Below, piece by piece: positions 9,965 to 20,519 of a DNA stretch of 64,000 bases. A program made the position numbers and the translations under genes. Every line of letters starts with the position of its first letter. Position 1 is the first letter of the stretch. The notes under the pieces were generated by a model, which ran no database searches, was not told the origin of the DNA, and was given only the letters and a program-made list of their open reading frames with translations. Location: positions 1 through 64,000 of the forward strand of contig JAZJZK010000027.1 in the NCBI GenBank assembly GCA_040389905.1. The letters are read 5' to 3'. Origin of the DNA: Gemmatimonadota bacterium (GTDB lineage: Bacteria; Gemmatimonadota; Gemmatimonadetes; Gemmatimonadales; Gemmatimonadaceae).

Positions 9965-10683
9965 TCGGCCACGCGTGGCGTGGACGCGATGTCACGCATC
10001 GTCATGAACGAAGCGTCTCGTTCCGCGAAGAGATCGATGACCTGCTCGAGACATTCGAGGGCGATACGCCCGGTGCGAAAGCGACAGTCATAGCGGAGCG
10101 ACGTCTTCGTGAGATCGACGAACTCCCAAGGATGCACAAACAGCACGACGGGATCGGCGAGCGCGAGCAGAATGGGCTTGCGTATCGGCCCGGGAAGGCG
10201 AAGCACGGATGACGTCATGGATGCGGCGACACGCGCGAGGCGACTTTCGGCCCGGGGTGCGCGATAGGACCACTTGTATTTGGCCAGCGACGCATCGAGG
10301 TCGAACGCCGACGCCTCCAGCAGGGAGACGAACGACTCGGGGAACTTGAGATAGGGCGCGCGGAACGACGTCACCGGAGCGAACTCGCGCAGGGTACGCG
10401 CGGACTGTTCGATTTCCCATCGCGCCGCCGCACGGTCGAGCGTGGTGAAGTCGGAGTGCGTGACGCCATGACACGCCAGTTCGTGATTCGCCGCGACGAC
10501 ATCGCGAACGGCGTTCGGATATCGATCCGCGACTTCCCCGGTTGTGAAATACGTGGCCGGGATGCCGCACCGAGAGAAGAGGTCGAGCAACGCGGGAGCC
10601 CCTTCTTCGATGCCGCGGAAGCTGGAGTTGAGGAAGGGCGGGCAGTCCGGCTCGAAGTCAACGGTGATCGCTACGCGCATCAC
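9961..10683 (-). CDS. Polysaccharide deacetylase (NodB/CE4-like)
   Basis: ITVDFE, ATYFTTG, HELACHG, SFRAPY, FVHPWE. Confidence 0.85.
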   Translation of the reverse strand: MMRVAITVDFEPDCPPFLNSSFRGIEEGAPALLDLFSRCGIPATYFTTGEVADRYPNAVRDVVAANHELACHGVTHSDFTTLDRAAARWEIEQSARTLREFAPVTSFRAPYLKFPESFVSLLEASAFDLDASLAKYKWSYRAPRAESRLARVAASMTSSVLRLPGPIRKPILLALADPVVLFVHPWEFVDLTKTSLRYDCRFRTGRIALECLEQVIDLFAERDASFMTMRDIASTPRVAE

Positions 10684-10726
10684 AGAGCACGGGTGGCGGC
10701 GACTGGTTTGCCGCGTGGTTCACGAA

Positions 10727-10800
10727 TGGTCCCGCTGGGACTTGAACCCAGGATCGGCCGATTATGAGTCGGCTGCTTTGACCAACTAAGCTACGGGACC
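10727..10800 (-). tRNA. tRNA with CAT anticodon, most likely tRNA-Ile2; CCA not encoded
   Basis: GGTCCCG/CGGGACC acceptor stem, CTCATAA anticodon loop, GGTTCAAGTCC T-arm; C4/C5 in acceptor stem favour Ile2 over Met. Confidence 0.9.
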
Positions 10801-10965
10801 CGAGTGAAGGAAACTATGTGGTTGCGGACGGGTGTTCCAGAGGGTTCTGGGTCGCTCGACGAACGGTGGCGGAGTGCGGCACCAAGGGTATTTTGCGATT
10901 CCTGGTCAGCGTGCGCGGCACCTCGGCTGCGGCGGCCCGTGTGCAACTCTCCAACGAGGGATCGG

Positions 10966-12039
10966 ATGTCCACGATTCTCGTCACCGGCGGCGCCGGATT
11001 CATCGGGTCCGCTGTCATCAGACGGGTGTTGCGGGATGGAGAGCATCGGGTCATCAACGTCGATGCACTGACCTATGCCGGCAACCTCGAGTCCCTTCCC
11101 GGAGCTGCCAACCATCCGAATTACTCGTTCGAACACGTCAACGTGCGGGATGCGTCCGCGGTTGCCCGCTGCTTTCGCGAGTATCGGCCCGACGCGGTGA
11201 TCCATCTCGCGGCCGAGTCGCACGTGGACCGCTCCATCGACGAACCGGGTGCGTTCGTCATGACGAATGTCGTCGGTACTGTGAATCTCCTCGAGGCGGC
11301 ATTGGACTACTCGCGTTCGCTGCCGGCCGCGCGGGCGCAGGCGTTCCGCGTCCTGCACGTCTCCACGGATGAGGTGTACGGGTCGCTCGGACCGGCCGGC
11401 CGGTTCCATGAACAGTCCGCGTATCAGCCCAACTCACCGTACGCGGCATCGAAGGCTGCGTCGGATCACCTTGCGCGTGCGTGGTTCCAGACCTACCGGC
11501 TACCTGTGGTCCTCACCAACTGCTCGAACAACTATGGTCCCTATCAGTTTCCGGAGAAGCTGGTGCCGCTGATGATCATGAAGGGAATCGCGGAGCAGCC
11601 GATGCCGGTGTACGGCCGCGGAGAACACACGCGGGACTGGCTGTATGTCGACGATCATGTCGAGGCGCTGCTCGCCGTGCTTGCACGAGGACGGCCTGGC
11701 GAGACCTATTGCATTGGTGGGCGCAGCGAGCGCCGCAACATCGACGTGGTGCGAGCGATCTGCGCACTGCTGGACGAGCTGGCACCGCGTCCCAGTGGGC
11801 GACCTGCCGCGTCACTCATCACCTTCGTCGCGGACCGGCCCGGTCACGACCTGCGCTACGCCATCGACTCGACGAAGATCGTGGACGAACTGGGAGCAAC
11901 GCCTCGCGAGTCCTTCGAGTCCGGTCTGCGGAAGACGGTTGAATGGTATCTCGCCAATACGGAATGGACCGATCGCTGCCTGTCGGGCGCGTACACCGGT
12001 CAGCGCCTCGGTCTGGAAATGGGTGGGGCCGCATCATGA
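10966..12039 (+). CDS. rfbB: dTDP-glucose 4,6-dehydratase
   Basis: [46 protein letters not shown]. Confidence 0.97.
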   Translation: MSTILVTGGAGFIGSAVIRRVLRDGEHRVINVDALTYAGNLESLPGAANHPNYSFEHVNVRDASAVARCFREYRPDAVIHLAAESHVDRSIDEPGAFVMTNVVGTVNLLEAALDYSRSLPAARAQAFRVLHVSTDEVYGSLGPAGRFHEQSAYQPNSPYAASKAASDHLARAWFQTYRLPVVLTNCSNNYGPYQFPEKLVPLMIMKGIAEQPMPVYGRGEHTRDWLYVDDHVEALLAVLARGRPGETYCIGGRSERRNIDVVRAICALLDELAPRPSGRPAASLITFVADRPGHDLRYAIDSTKIVDELGATPRESFESGLRKTVEWYLANTEWTDRCLSGAYTGQRLGLEMGGAAS

Positions 12040-12929
12040 TCACGCGCCGAGGAATCATCCTCGCCGGGGGTTCCGGGCGCCGGTTGTATCCCGCCACACG
12101 GGTGGTGAGCAAGCAACTGCTTCCCGTGTATGACAAGCCGATGATCTACTATCCGCTGGCCACGATGATGCTGGCGGGTATCAGGGAGCTACTGGTGATC
12201 GCGACGCCCGCCGACCTGCCGCGATTCAATGGTTTGTTGGGTGACGGATCACAGTGGGGCGTGTCGTTCCAATATGCCGAGCAAGCGGTGCCGAACGGGC
12301 TTGCGCAGGCATTCGTGATCGGACGCGAGTTCATCGGCGCCCAACCTTCCGCCCTGATTCTTGGCGACAACATCTTCTACGGAACCGGGTTGGTTTCGCA
12401 ACTCCGGCGGGCGGGAGAACGACGTGAGGGCGCGACGGTGTTCGGCTACCATGTGCACGACCCGGAGCGATACGGCGTGGCGGAACTCGGATCCGGCGGC
12501 GAGATCCTCAGCATCGAGGAGAAGCCGCGAGTGCCCAAGTCGAACGTCGCGGTAACCGGACTCTATTTCTACGACGAGCAAGCGTGCGACATCGCGCGCG
12601 ATCTCCGGCCGTCGGCGCGCGGAGAATACGAGATCACGGACCTCAACCTCGAATACCTGCACCGCGGGCAGTTGCGCATGGAACGCATGAGCCGTGGTTC
12701 GGCATGGCTCGATACAGGGACGCACGAGTCGTTATTGGAGGCGTCGAGCTTCATCCAGACCATTGAAAAGCGACAAGGGTTGAAGATTGCGGCGCCGGAG
12801 GAAGTCAGCTGGCGCAACGGATGGATCGACGATGAACAACTTGCGCGACTCGCCGTTCCTCTCCGTGAGAGCGGGTACGGCGAGTATCTGCTCGGCCTGA
12901 GGCGTGATGACGCGGAGGACTCGAGGTGA
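12036..12929 (+). CDS. rfbA: Glucose-1-phosphate thymidylyltransferase
   Basis: [40 protein letters not shown]. Confidence 0.97.
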   Translation: MITRRGIILAGGSGRRLYPATRVVSKQLLPVYDKPMIYYPLATMMLAGIRELLVIATPADLPRFNGLLGDGSQWGVSFQYAEQAVPNGLAQAFVIGREFIGAQPSALILGDNIFYGTGLVSQLRRAGERREGATVFGYHVHDPERYGVAELGSGGEILSIEEKPRVPKSNVAVTGLYFYDEQACDIARDLRPSARGEYEITDLNLEYLHRGQLRMERMSRGSAWLDTGTHESLLEASSFIQTIEKRQGLKIAAPEEVSWRNGWIDDEQLARLAVPLRESGYGEYLLGLRRDDAEDSR

Positions 12930-13480
12930 AGGTCACGCCGATGCGCCTCCCAGGATTGATTCGCTTCGAGCCACGGGTGTTCAGCGACGAGCGTGGCTCG
13001 TTTTTCGAGGGCTGGAACGCAGCACGCTACCGCGACGCGGGTATTCACGACGACTTCGTTCAAGACAATATTGCCAGTTCCGTTTACGGCGTCCTGCGCG
13101 GCCTGCACCTCCAGCGTCCGCATGGCCAAGGCAAGCTCGTGAGCGTGTTGTCTGGATCCGTCTTTGATGTCGCCGCCGACGTTCGCCATGGCTCGCCGAC
13201 ATTTGGGCAGTGGATCGGAGTGGAACTCAGTGATCGGAATCGCGTGCAGCTCTACTTGCCGCCCGGATTCGCGCATGGTTATCAGGTCACGTCTCCGTCT
13301 GCCGTCTTCTGCTACAAGGTTACGGACTACTATGACCCCGGCGCGGAGTTGGTCATCACGCCACACGACCCCGCGATAGGAATACGATGGCCGATAGCGC
13401 CGCCTATCCTCTCGCCGAGGGACATGAACGGCCTGTTGCTCACGGACATTCGTTCTGATCGCCTCCCCGTGTTCGGATGA
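12926..13480 (+). CDS. rfbC: dTDP-4-dehydrorhamnose 3,5-epimerase
   Basis: [26 protein letters not shown]. Confidence 0.96.
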   Translation: MKVTPMRLPGLIRFEPRVFSDERGSFFEGWNAARYRDAGIHDDFVQDNIASSVYGVLRGLHLQRPHGQGKLVSVLSGSVFDVAADVRHGSPTFGQWIGVELSDRNRVQLYLPPGFAHGYQVTSPSAVFCYKVTDYYDPGAELVITPHDPAIGIRWPIAPPILSPRDMNGLLLTDIRSDRLPVFG

Positions 13481-14385
13481 GCCAGGGTGCGAGTCAGGAA
13501 GGGTTGACCATACTCGTGACAGGGGGAACGGGACAGGTTGGCCACGAATTGATTCGCGAGCTCGGCGCTGTCGGCACCGTCCTTGCTCCCTCGAGAAGGG
13601 AACTCGACCTCGCCAGCACCGATTCGATTCGTGATTGTGTTCGGCACCTTCGACCCACCCTCATCGTCAATGCTGGTGCGTTCACGGCAGTCGACGCCGC
13701 GGAAGACGACGAGTCAACGGCGAGGCGAGTCAATACCGACGCGCCGGCGATCCTCGCCGAGGAGGGCCTGCGGCTCGGTGCGGCCATGATTCACTATTCG
13801 ACCGATTACGTCTTCGACGGAAGTAAAGGTGCGCCGTATACGGAAGATGATCCGACGAATCCGCGTTCGGTGTACGGCGTCACCAAGCGCGATGGCGAAC
13901 TCGCGGTTGCCGCATCCGGCGCTCCTTACCTCGTGCTGAGGACGAGCTGGGTCTATGGATTGCGTGGCAGAAACTTCCTGACGTCGATATTCCAACAGGC
14001 CCGGGAGCGCGAGGAGCTTCGTGTTGTGCGCGATCAGGTCGGAACGCCGACCTGGAGCCGAATGATCGCGATGACCACGGCTCGCATCGTGACGCGTGGC
14101 GTCGCGAACGGCCTGATCCAATACATCGCAGCAAACAAAGGCATCTATCATCTGGCGTCGGCCGATGGAACGAGCAGGCATGGGTTCGCCGAGGCGGCGC
14201 TGGCCCTCGATCCACAGAGGCAGGCGGGTCGGCGGGTCTCGGTGCTGCCTATACTGACGTCGGAGTATCCAACGCGCGCGCCGCGCCCCGCGAATTCGAG
14301 TCTCGATGTGTCACGTCTGTCACGGACCTTCGGTTTGCGGCTCCCGGGTTGGCGCGAGCAACTTCGTCTGGCGTTGACATCGTGA
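13477..14385 (+). CDS. rfbD: dTDP-4-dehydrorhamnose reductase
   Basis: GGTGQVG, HYSTDYVFDG, YGVTK, DQVGTPT. Confidence 0.96.
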   Translation: MSQGASQEGLTILVTGGTGQVGHELIRELGAVGTVLAPSRRELDLASTDSIRDCVRHLRPTLIVNAGAFTAVDAAEDDESTARRVNTDAPAILAEEGLRLGAAMIHYSTDYVFDGSKGAPYTEDDPTNPRSVYGVTKRDGELAVAASGAPYLVLRTSWVYGLRGRNFLTSIFQQAREREELRVVRDQVGTPTWSRMIAMTTARIVTRGVANGLIQYIAANKGIYHLASADGTSRHGFAEAALALDPQRQAGRRVSVLPILTSEYPTRAPRPANSSLDVSRLSRTFGLRLPGWREQLRLALTS

Positions 14386-16040
14386 TTGGTCGGCGCGTCG
14401 TGCTACTCCTCATACTCGGTGGTTGCTGTGCTTCTCCACGCCTGTCGAGCGCACAAGGGCGCGCGGTAGTCGCCGCGAGCGACCTCGTGTATGGTGACAT
14501 CGATCGGTTATCCGAGCTCGGCATTCTGAACACGGCGATCATTGGCCAGCGACCATACTCGCGCCGCGAAATCGACCGGATCATTCGTGTTGCCCGAGAG
14601 CGAATGCGTGGCGGCAGTCATCGAGTTACGCAACGGCTCAGCGAGGAAACGCTCGCGTACGCGGAAGCCATCCTCCGGCGCATGGAGCAACGATACGGCG
14701 TTGACTCACTCGCGCTCGATCCGGTCGTCTCAATGCTCGACGGAGCGTCTCTGACCTACACCAGCACCGATGCGGATCGGCGCGGCTTTCCGGCGCCGAT
14801 CACGTCGCCGATCGAGGCAACGATTGACCCGCTTGCTGAACGTCGCCTGGGCAACCCAGCCGTGCGCGGACAGTTTGGCGTTCTCGAGTTCTCACATCGT
14901 GCGGAACCAGTGCCGTGGCTGGCGGTTCAACTTCGTGAACGGGTGAGCCGCGGGACGCCCCATGACACCACGCAATCCGCGCAGAGCGCCGAGCTCCTCC
15001 TTGCGTCGACTCGCGGTGTCTTTCACAACGTTGCGCTAACGCTGGGACGGCAGCAGATCACGTGGGCGCAAACTGCGGGCGACGGACTCTTCCTCGCATC
15101 CGATGCGCCGACGCTCGATGCGTTGTCACTCACTGGCGACGCGCCCTTTCGGCTTCCGGGGTTCTTGAGCGCGCTTGGTCCTGCACAGGCAACGCTCCTG
15201 CTCGCCGACCTCGGAGCGACCAGGGTACGATCGCACTCGAGGTTGTTGGCGTACAAGGTGAGTGTCGAGCCGGCGAGCGCTGTCGAGCTGGGTGGCACCT
15301 TCACCAATCACTTTGGTGGCGCTGGGGCGCGCACCTCGAGTCTCAAGGACCGCATCGTCGACTTCCTTCCGTTTATCGACGTGTTGCAGACACACAACTA
15401 TGCAGACTCGAGCCGCACCCTGGATGTCGAGTCCGACAAGGCGCTCGGCGTCGACGGTCGGCTTCGTATTGACCAGCTAGCGGGCGTTCTCGTGACCGGT
15501 GAGCTCCTCATTGACGATTTCGACATTCATCGCCTTCCCAAATTGCTCACCGGATACGGATCACAAACGCTTTCGATCACTTTTCCGCAGCTGGGGTCGC
15601 CAGCGTTCTCGGCCCGATTGAACGCGATCCACATGGGTACCATCACGTACTCGCACAGCCAGCTCATCAACGGGATGAGTACGCGAGGCAGGTTGCTCGG
15701 AAATGAACTAGGACCCGACGCTAAGAGCTATTCCGCGCAGTTGCGCGTTCACCCATCGTCATCTACTCGGCTGGAGCTGGAAGCGCGAAGCGCGATCTAT
15801 AGCAATGCTACGTATGAAACGTACTACAGTGATGCCGCCCAGACTCGTTATCACGTCCGGAAGCTTTCGCGGACGGCCGACGAGCTCCGTGAGATTGCGC
15901 TCGGGACGCTGGTGATCCAAAGTGACGACGGAATCGCCTTGACCTTTCGGGGCGGTGTGCAGCGCGTGCGGGGCGCCTTTAGCGGACCGCAGCGACGCGT
16001 AGACTACGTCGCCGATATGTCGCTGAGGATCGGGCACTAG
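14382..16040 (+). CDS. Capsule assembly Wzi-family protein (paralogue 2)
   Basis: Shares many blocks with 6250-7926 (IIGQRPYSR, GDGLFLASDAP, TLDVESDK, KLLTGYGSQTL, ELGPDAKS); GTG start overlaps rfbD stop. Confidence 0.75.
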   Translation: MIGRRVVLLLILGGCCASPRLSSAQGRAVVAASDLVYGDIDRLSELGILNTAIIGQRPYSRREIDRIIRVARERMRGGSHRVTQRLSEETLAYAEAILRRMEQRYGVDSLALDPVVSMLDGASLTYTSTDADRRGFPAPITSPIEATIDPLAERRLGNPAVRGQFGVLEFSHRAEPVPWLAVQLRERVSRGTPHDTTQSAQSAELLLASTRGVFHNVALTLGRQQITWAQTAGDGLFLASDAPTLDALSLTGDAPFRLPGFLSALGPAQATLLLADLGATRVRSHSRLLAYKVSVEPASAVELGGTFTNHFGGAGARTSSLKDRIVDFLPFIDVLQTHNYADSSRTLDVESDKALGVDGRLRIDQLAGVLVTGELLIDDFDIHRLPKLLTGYGSQTLSITFPQLGSPAFSARLNAIHMGTITYSHSQLINGMSTRGRLLGNELGPDAKSYSAQLRVHPSSSTRLELEARSAIYSNATYETYYSDAAQTRYHVRKLSRTADELREIALGTLVIQSDDGIALTFRGGVQRVRGAFSGPQRRVDYVADMSLRIGH

Positions 16041-16399
16041 TGGAGTGTCACCGAAGTTCCGGCAGCAGGTGAGTTGGAACCGCCGGGTCGGAACTGGTCG
16101 GCGCGCGGGCACATTGAACGCGGATCGAGCAAAAAAAAACGACGAAGCGTGACAACACGAGAAGCAGGTGCGTGAAGACTTCACGGTGAACTGCTGCTGT
16201 CGTGCCTCGCCGAACCACTCACCTGCTCGCTGGTCAATCCGCTCAATCCGCGTTCAATGTGCCGGCGCTCCCTCCTCCTGCCAAGACTTCGGCGACGGTC
16301 TACTCGCTGCTGCCGATCGCTCGTGCCCTGCATTACAGCAGGCGCTAAAGATGGCAGACTGTTTGCGTAAGGCGTGAATAACCAGGTGACCGCCGATGC

Positions 16400-18013
16400 A
16401 TGCATCGGGTTCAGGTGTACGGTCAATTCACTCACGCGAGTATTCACTCACGCATGCTCGACAACCGGAGCCACAAGACACACACGGGCCGGCGAGGCGG
16501 TGGTCGCCGCCGTGGCGTTCTTCATGACTCAGAAATCGTTACGGTTCCGTTCGTCGAGCCTGCTGGTGAGCTTAGGCATTCGCAAGATCGCAGGACGCGT
16601 CGCCCGAACGAGCTGCGGCTCCCGAAGTTCTACCGCGACCTGTGGGGGCGCCGGATCTGGCGCGAGTGGCGCTATCGCGCTGTAAGCGTCGCAGGCGTGC
16701 TGAGCGGTGACGCGATCTGTGCGATGGGAGCGGCCTCAGGTGCCAGTGCGGTAATCACGGGAGTCTCTGCCAGCGTGTCATTAATGGTCATGGGCGTACT
16801 CCTCGGTCAGGCATTGATGGGCACGTACCGCACGGGCGCGATCGGTCACGCAAAGGAGCGCATCCTGGTTGGCGTTGGCGTCGGCGTCTTTGCCAGCGCA
16901 CTCGGCCCGGTAACCATTGCCTCTGCGACACAGTTGAAGACAGCACTCGTGTTCGGTGCACTCCTCCTTCCGCTGATCACGCTCTGGCGGTACGCGGCCG
17001 GTAAGCTTGTCCGCCTTGCCCAGCGTATGGGTGTAGGTCGCAAGCGCACCTTGATCGTGGGAACCGACGAGGCCGCCTGGCGGATGATCAATCATTTCCG
17101 TCGGCGTGATGAGAGCGGGCTGAACATCATCGGCCACCTGTGCGATGCGGGCGATTCGTCACCGGCAGCAATTGGGGCGACGGACGAGCTCCCTGCGATG
17201 ATCGAACGGCACGATATCGAGCACGTTCTCGTCGCAGACGGCGTCGAGCCTGACGTGTACAAGCGGATTGCGAGCGAAAGCCTGTTGCGGGGCGCCACGG
17301 TCGGTGTCATCAGCGGACTCTTCGATGAAGAAGTCGCCCGCACGAGCTTCCGTGGCGTCGCTGGCTGGCCGGCGCTTCAGCTTCGCATGAGCGGCGCCGA
17401 GATGCTTCAGGTCGCCGCCAAGCGGTCCTTCGACATCGTGGCGAGCAGCGTGATCCTGATCCTGGCGTCTCCCGTGATGGCCGCAGTCGCGCTCGCCATC
17501 CGGTTGGACTCGCGCGGTCCGATCCTGTTTTCACAAAGACGACCGGGATTGGGCGGACGCGATTTCCGGATGTACAAGTTCCGCTCGATGCGCTGCGACG
17601 CCGAGGCGATCCTCGCGGCCGATCCTGAGTTGACTCGTGCGTTCCTCGAGAACGGCTGCAAATTTCCGAACGGCAAGGATCCGCGGATCTCCCGAGTCGG
17701 CGGTTTCCTGCGGTCGTCCAGTCTCGACGAGCTCCCGCAGCTGTTCAACGTGCTTCTCGGCGACATGTCCCTGGTTGGTCCGCGTCCCGTCCTCGGTCCC
17801 GAGTTCGAGCAGTTCGGCGATCTCGTGTCGGTCATCCTCAGCGTAAAGCCGGGCATGACGGGACTGTGGCAGGTCAGCGGGCGGAGCACCGTGGCAGGAA
17901 AGGATCGCGCGGCGCTCGATGCACAGTACGTCGCGGGCTGGTCGCTCGCCCTCGACGCGCGGATTCTCGCCCGCACCATTCCCGTTGTCTGGAAGGGCGT
18001 GGGAGCCCGTTGA
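16400..18013 (+). CDS. Priming undecaprenyl-phosphate sugar phosphotransferase (WcaJ/WbaP family); start may be 16454
   Basis: KRSFDI, YKFRSM, DPRISRVG, SLDELPQLFNVLLGDMSLVGPRP, KPGMTGLWQVSGR. Confidence 0.93.
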   Translation: MHRVQVYGQFTHASIHSRMLDNRSHKTHTGRRGGGRRRGVLHDSEIVTVPFVEPAGELRHSQDRRTRRPNELRLPKFYRDLWGRRIWREWRYRAVSVAGVLSGDAICAMGAASGASAVITGVSASVSLMVMGVLLGQALMGTYRTGAIGHAKERILVGVGVGVFASALGPVTIASATQLKTALVFGALLLPLITLWRYAAGKLVRLAQRMGVGRKRTLIVGTDEAAWRMINHFRRRDESGLNIIGHLCDAGDSSPAAIGATDELPAMIERHDIEHVLVADGVEPDVYKRIASESLLRGATVGVISGLFDEEVARTSFRGVAGWPALQLRMSGAEMLQVAAKRSFDIVASSVILILASPVMAAVALAIRLDSRGPILFSQRRPGLGGRDFRMYKFRSMRCDAEAILAADPELTRAFLENGCKFPNGKDPRISRVGGFLRSSSLDELPQLFNVLLGDMSLVGPRPVLGPEFEQFGDLVSVILSVKPGMTGLWQVSGRSTVAGKDRAALDAQYVAGWSLALDARILARTIPVVWKGVGAR

Positions 18014-18058
18014 TCACGCGGCGCGCCGGCGACTCGCGATCTCTCCATTCGCGACGCG

Positions 18059-18967
18059 CTAGTGCCGCAGCCCCCTGGCAAACATCTCGTCCACGACGAC
18101 GCGCTGCTTCTCGGGTTTCAGGTGGTACGGATCGGTGAAATTGGCGCGTCCGCGGGTGAAGTCATTCTCGACGTCGAAGTCGAACACGGGGACGCCGAAC
18201 GAAAGGAGTTCCTTCTTGTAGGTCGCATACTGCTCGTCCAGCCCGAAGTCGTGCACGCGACGCATCAGGTCCACGTGGGCCGGCGGGATGTAGAAATAGA
18301 GGTTGATAGCGTGGGTCCTGCAGTAGTCGACCACGTCAGCAAGTCGTCGTCGCAGTGACGTCGGTTCCGTCCAAACCTCATAGAACGCGGCGGACTCGAG
18401 GAGCTGATGGTCCCAGAAGGCGGCTTCACTCATGGGAGGCGCTTCCGTTGGTGCTCCTGTTCCCCGCACCTTGCTCGCCACGATGCTTCCCGAGAGGGCA
18501 AGAATCGACAGGCTGAGGTAGTGGCCCTCGGGATTGCGTAGCTGCGCGATTGCTGCGGGGACGAGGTTCATGTCGTTTCGCTCCGAATACAGATTGAACG
18601 GTACGCCAAGAACGACGTTCTTCAGTGCTGAATGGCCGGATGCGAACCAGAAGGCGTCAATTGCCTCGAACGCGGTCCCACCGCCAAAGGCGAGGTTGGC
18701 GTAGTGCGCTCCATGTTTCTCGAACAGCTCCTCTCGGAGATTGTCACTGCGACTGTCGCCAAGGATGATGTTGGCGGACGGCACACGCGCAAACCGCGCG
18801 AGCTTGAAGAGCCGATAGTCCCGCCGAATTGCGAAGTCGTCCTGTCCGAGTGCCGGCCGCCAGCCGCCTCGGAGACCAAAAGGATCAATGATGAGGTTCG
18901 TGGCACCGATCCCGAGCACGAGCACGAGAAACGTCACGCCGAAGGAGCGAACGTAGGCGCGAAGCAT
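18059..18967 (-). CDS. Membrane-anchored SGNH-like protein (AlgJ/DltD-like acyl-transfer partner)
   Basis: N-terminal TM, IILGDSRS and DPYHL motifs; directly downstream of MBOAT gene. Confidence 0.7.
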   Translation of the reverse strand: MLRAYVRSFGVTFLVLVLGIGATNLIIDPFGLRGGWRPALGQDDFAIRRDYRLFKLARFARVPSANIILGDSRSDNLREELFEKHGAHYANLAFGGGTAFEAIDAFWFASGHSALKNVVLGVPFNLYSERNDMNLVPAAIAQLRNPEGHYLSLSILALSGSIVASKVRGTGAPTEAPPMSEAAFWDHQLLESAAFYEVWTEPTSLRRRLADVVDYCRTHAINLYFYIPPAHVDLMRRVHDFGLDEQYATYKKELLSFGVPVFDFDVENDFTRGRANFTDPYHLKPEKQRVVVDEMFARGLRH

Positions 18968-18968
18968 T

Positions 18969-20510
18969 TCAGAATTGATAGTAGAGGAATGTGCTGATAC
19001 GCGTCATGCTTGCAACAGCGACGACAGCTGCGCAGGCAAGCACGACGGCCCACCACGCGGTTGGCGTCCAAACGATGGCCCCGGCGTGTGTGTTGGAGTC
19101 GGGTGCGTCGAGCGCCGGACGATAGTTACGCATGAACTCCTGCGTGTTCGGCAGGAGCCAGACGACCGCAAGAAGCGTCATGATCCACACTACCTGCGGA
19201 ATCCCCCCGAAGCGATCGAGCCCCGAGCCTGTCACGCCCCATTCGCGAAGCGGAATGCCAGCCGACGTCAGAACGGCCAGCCAGCGCGGTGGTAGATCAA
19301 GTCCGTTTGCACCGCACATTCCGCGAAGGATCTCGAGCGCGACGCTCACGGAGGGGGCACGAAAGAAGACCCAGGCGATGACCACGGCGAGAAAGGTCAG
19401 CGCACCGCCGGCGATCCGGGAGATCGCACCTCGATCGTTCCCTCCCGTTGATTTCACGAGACCTCTCCACCCGTGATTTACCATCAGGTATCCACCGTGC
19501 AAGGCACCCCACAGCACGAAGGTCCACCCGGCGCCATGCCACAGCCCGCCGAGCACCATGGTAATGAAGAGGTTCGTGTATCGGCGCACCGGGCCCCGTC
19601 GCCCGCCACCGAGCGGGATGTAGAGGTAGTCGCGCAGGAAGCGGGAAAGCGTCATGTGCCAACGGCGCCAGAATTCGATGATGTTCGGCGACTTGTATGG
19701 TGACGCGAAGTTCAGCGGGAGGACGATTCCGAACATCCGCGAGATGCCGATCGCCATGTCCGAGTAGCCGGAGAAGTCGAAGTACAGCTGCAGCGTGTAG
19801 GCAAGGGCACCGCCCCATGCCTCGAGAAAGCCATATGGGTCGGACCGCGCTGCGTCGAAGACCGGAGTGACGAAAGCGCCGACGCCATCAGCGAGGATCA
19901 CCTTCTTGAACAATCCGATGGCGAGGATCGTCAAACCGACGGCGAAGTGCGAGTCGCGCGGCTTGAAGTTCTCGCCATCCCGGAACTGCGGCATCATCTC
20001 CGCATGATGCAGAACCGGCCCGGCAATCAGGTGTGGAAAGTACGTGACGAAGAGGAGGAAGTTCACGAAGCCGTCGTCGCTGGTCTTGCCGCGATAGGTG
20101 TCGACGAGATACGCGATCTGCGTGAATGTGAAGAACGAAATCCCGAGCGGAAGGATGATGTGTGGGATCGTCCAGTTCATCCCGAGGGCATCGGCGGTGC
20201 TGATGAAGAACGCGGCGTACTTGTAGTAGGCAAGGAGCGCGAGGTCCGCGATCACAGCCAGTGTCAGCCAGCGAAACGCGCGTCGTGTACCTGCGCCCGC
20301 ACGCGCGATCGTCGCGCCCAGGGAGTAGTTGAATGCCGCGGAAGCCACGAGCAGGGCGACGTAACGCGGGTTCCAGTAGGCGTAGAATCCCAGCGAGACC
20401 AGCGCAAGCCAGGCAATGCCGGCCGCGTTGCGTCTTCTCCCCAAGGCGAAGAAGCCCAAAAGAGCGAGCGGAAGAAAGACGAACAGGAAGCCGTGAGAGT
20501 TGAACAGCAT
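18969..20510 (-). CDS. MBOAT O-acyltransferase (AlgI/DltB family)
   Basis: MLFNS, LPLGISFFTF, YFDFSGYSDMAIG, FWRRWHMTLS, GLWHGA, C-terminal FLYYQF. Confidence 0.95.
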   Translation of the reverse strand: MLFNSHGFLFVFLPLALLGFFALGRRRNAAGIAWLALVSLGFYAYWNPRYVALLVASAAFNYSLGATIARAGAGTRRAFRWLTLAVIADLALLAYYKYAAFFISTADALGMNWTIPHIILPLGISFFTFTQIAYLVDTYRGKTSDDGFVNFLLFVTYFPHLIAGPVLHHAEMMPQFRDGENFKPRDSHFAVGLTILAIGLFKKVILADGVGAFVTPVFDAARSDPYGFLEAWGGALAYTLQLYFDFSGYSDMAIGISRMFGIVLPLNFASPYKSPNIIEFWRRWHMTLSRFLRDYLYIPLGGGRRGPVRRYTNLFITMVLGGLWHGAGWTFVLWGALHGGYLMVNHGWRGLVKSTGGNDRGAISRIAGGALTFLAVVIAWVFFRAPSVSVALEILRGMCGANGLDLPPRWLAVLTSAGIPLREWGVTGSGLDRFGGIPQVVWIMTLLAVVWLLPNTQEFMRNYRPALDAPDSNTHAGAIVWTPTAWWAVVLACAAVVAVASMTRISTFLYYQF

Positions 20511-20519
20511 GTCGCTGGC

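Noticed and set aside
10727..10800. tRNA as integration site of a genomic island
   Set aside because: No integrase and no duplicated tRNA 3' end seen in the window
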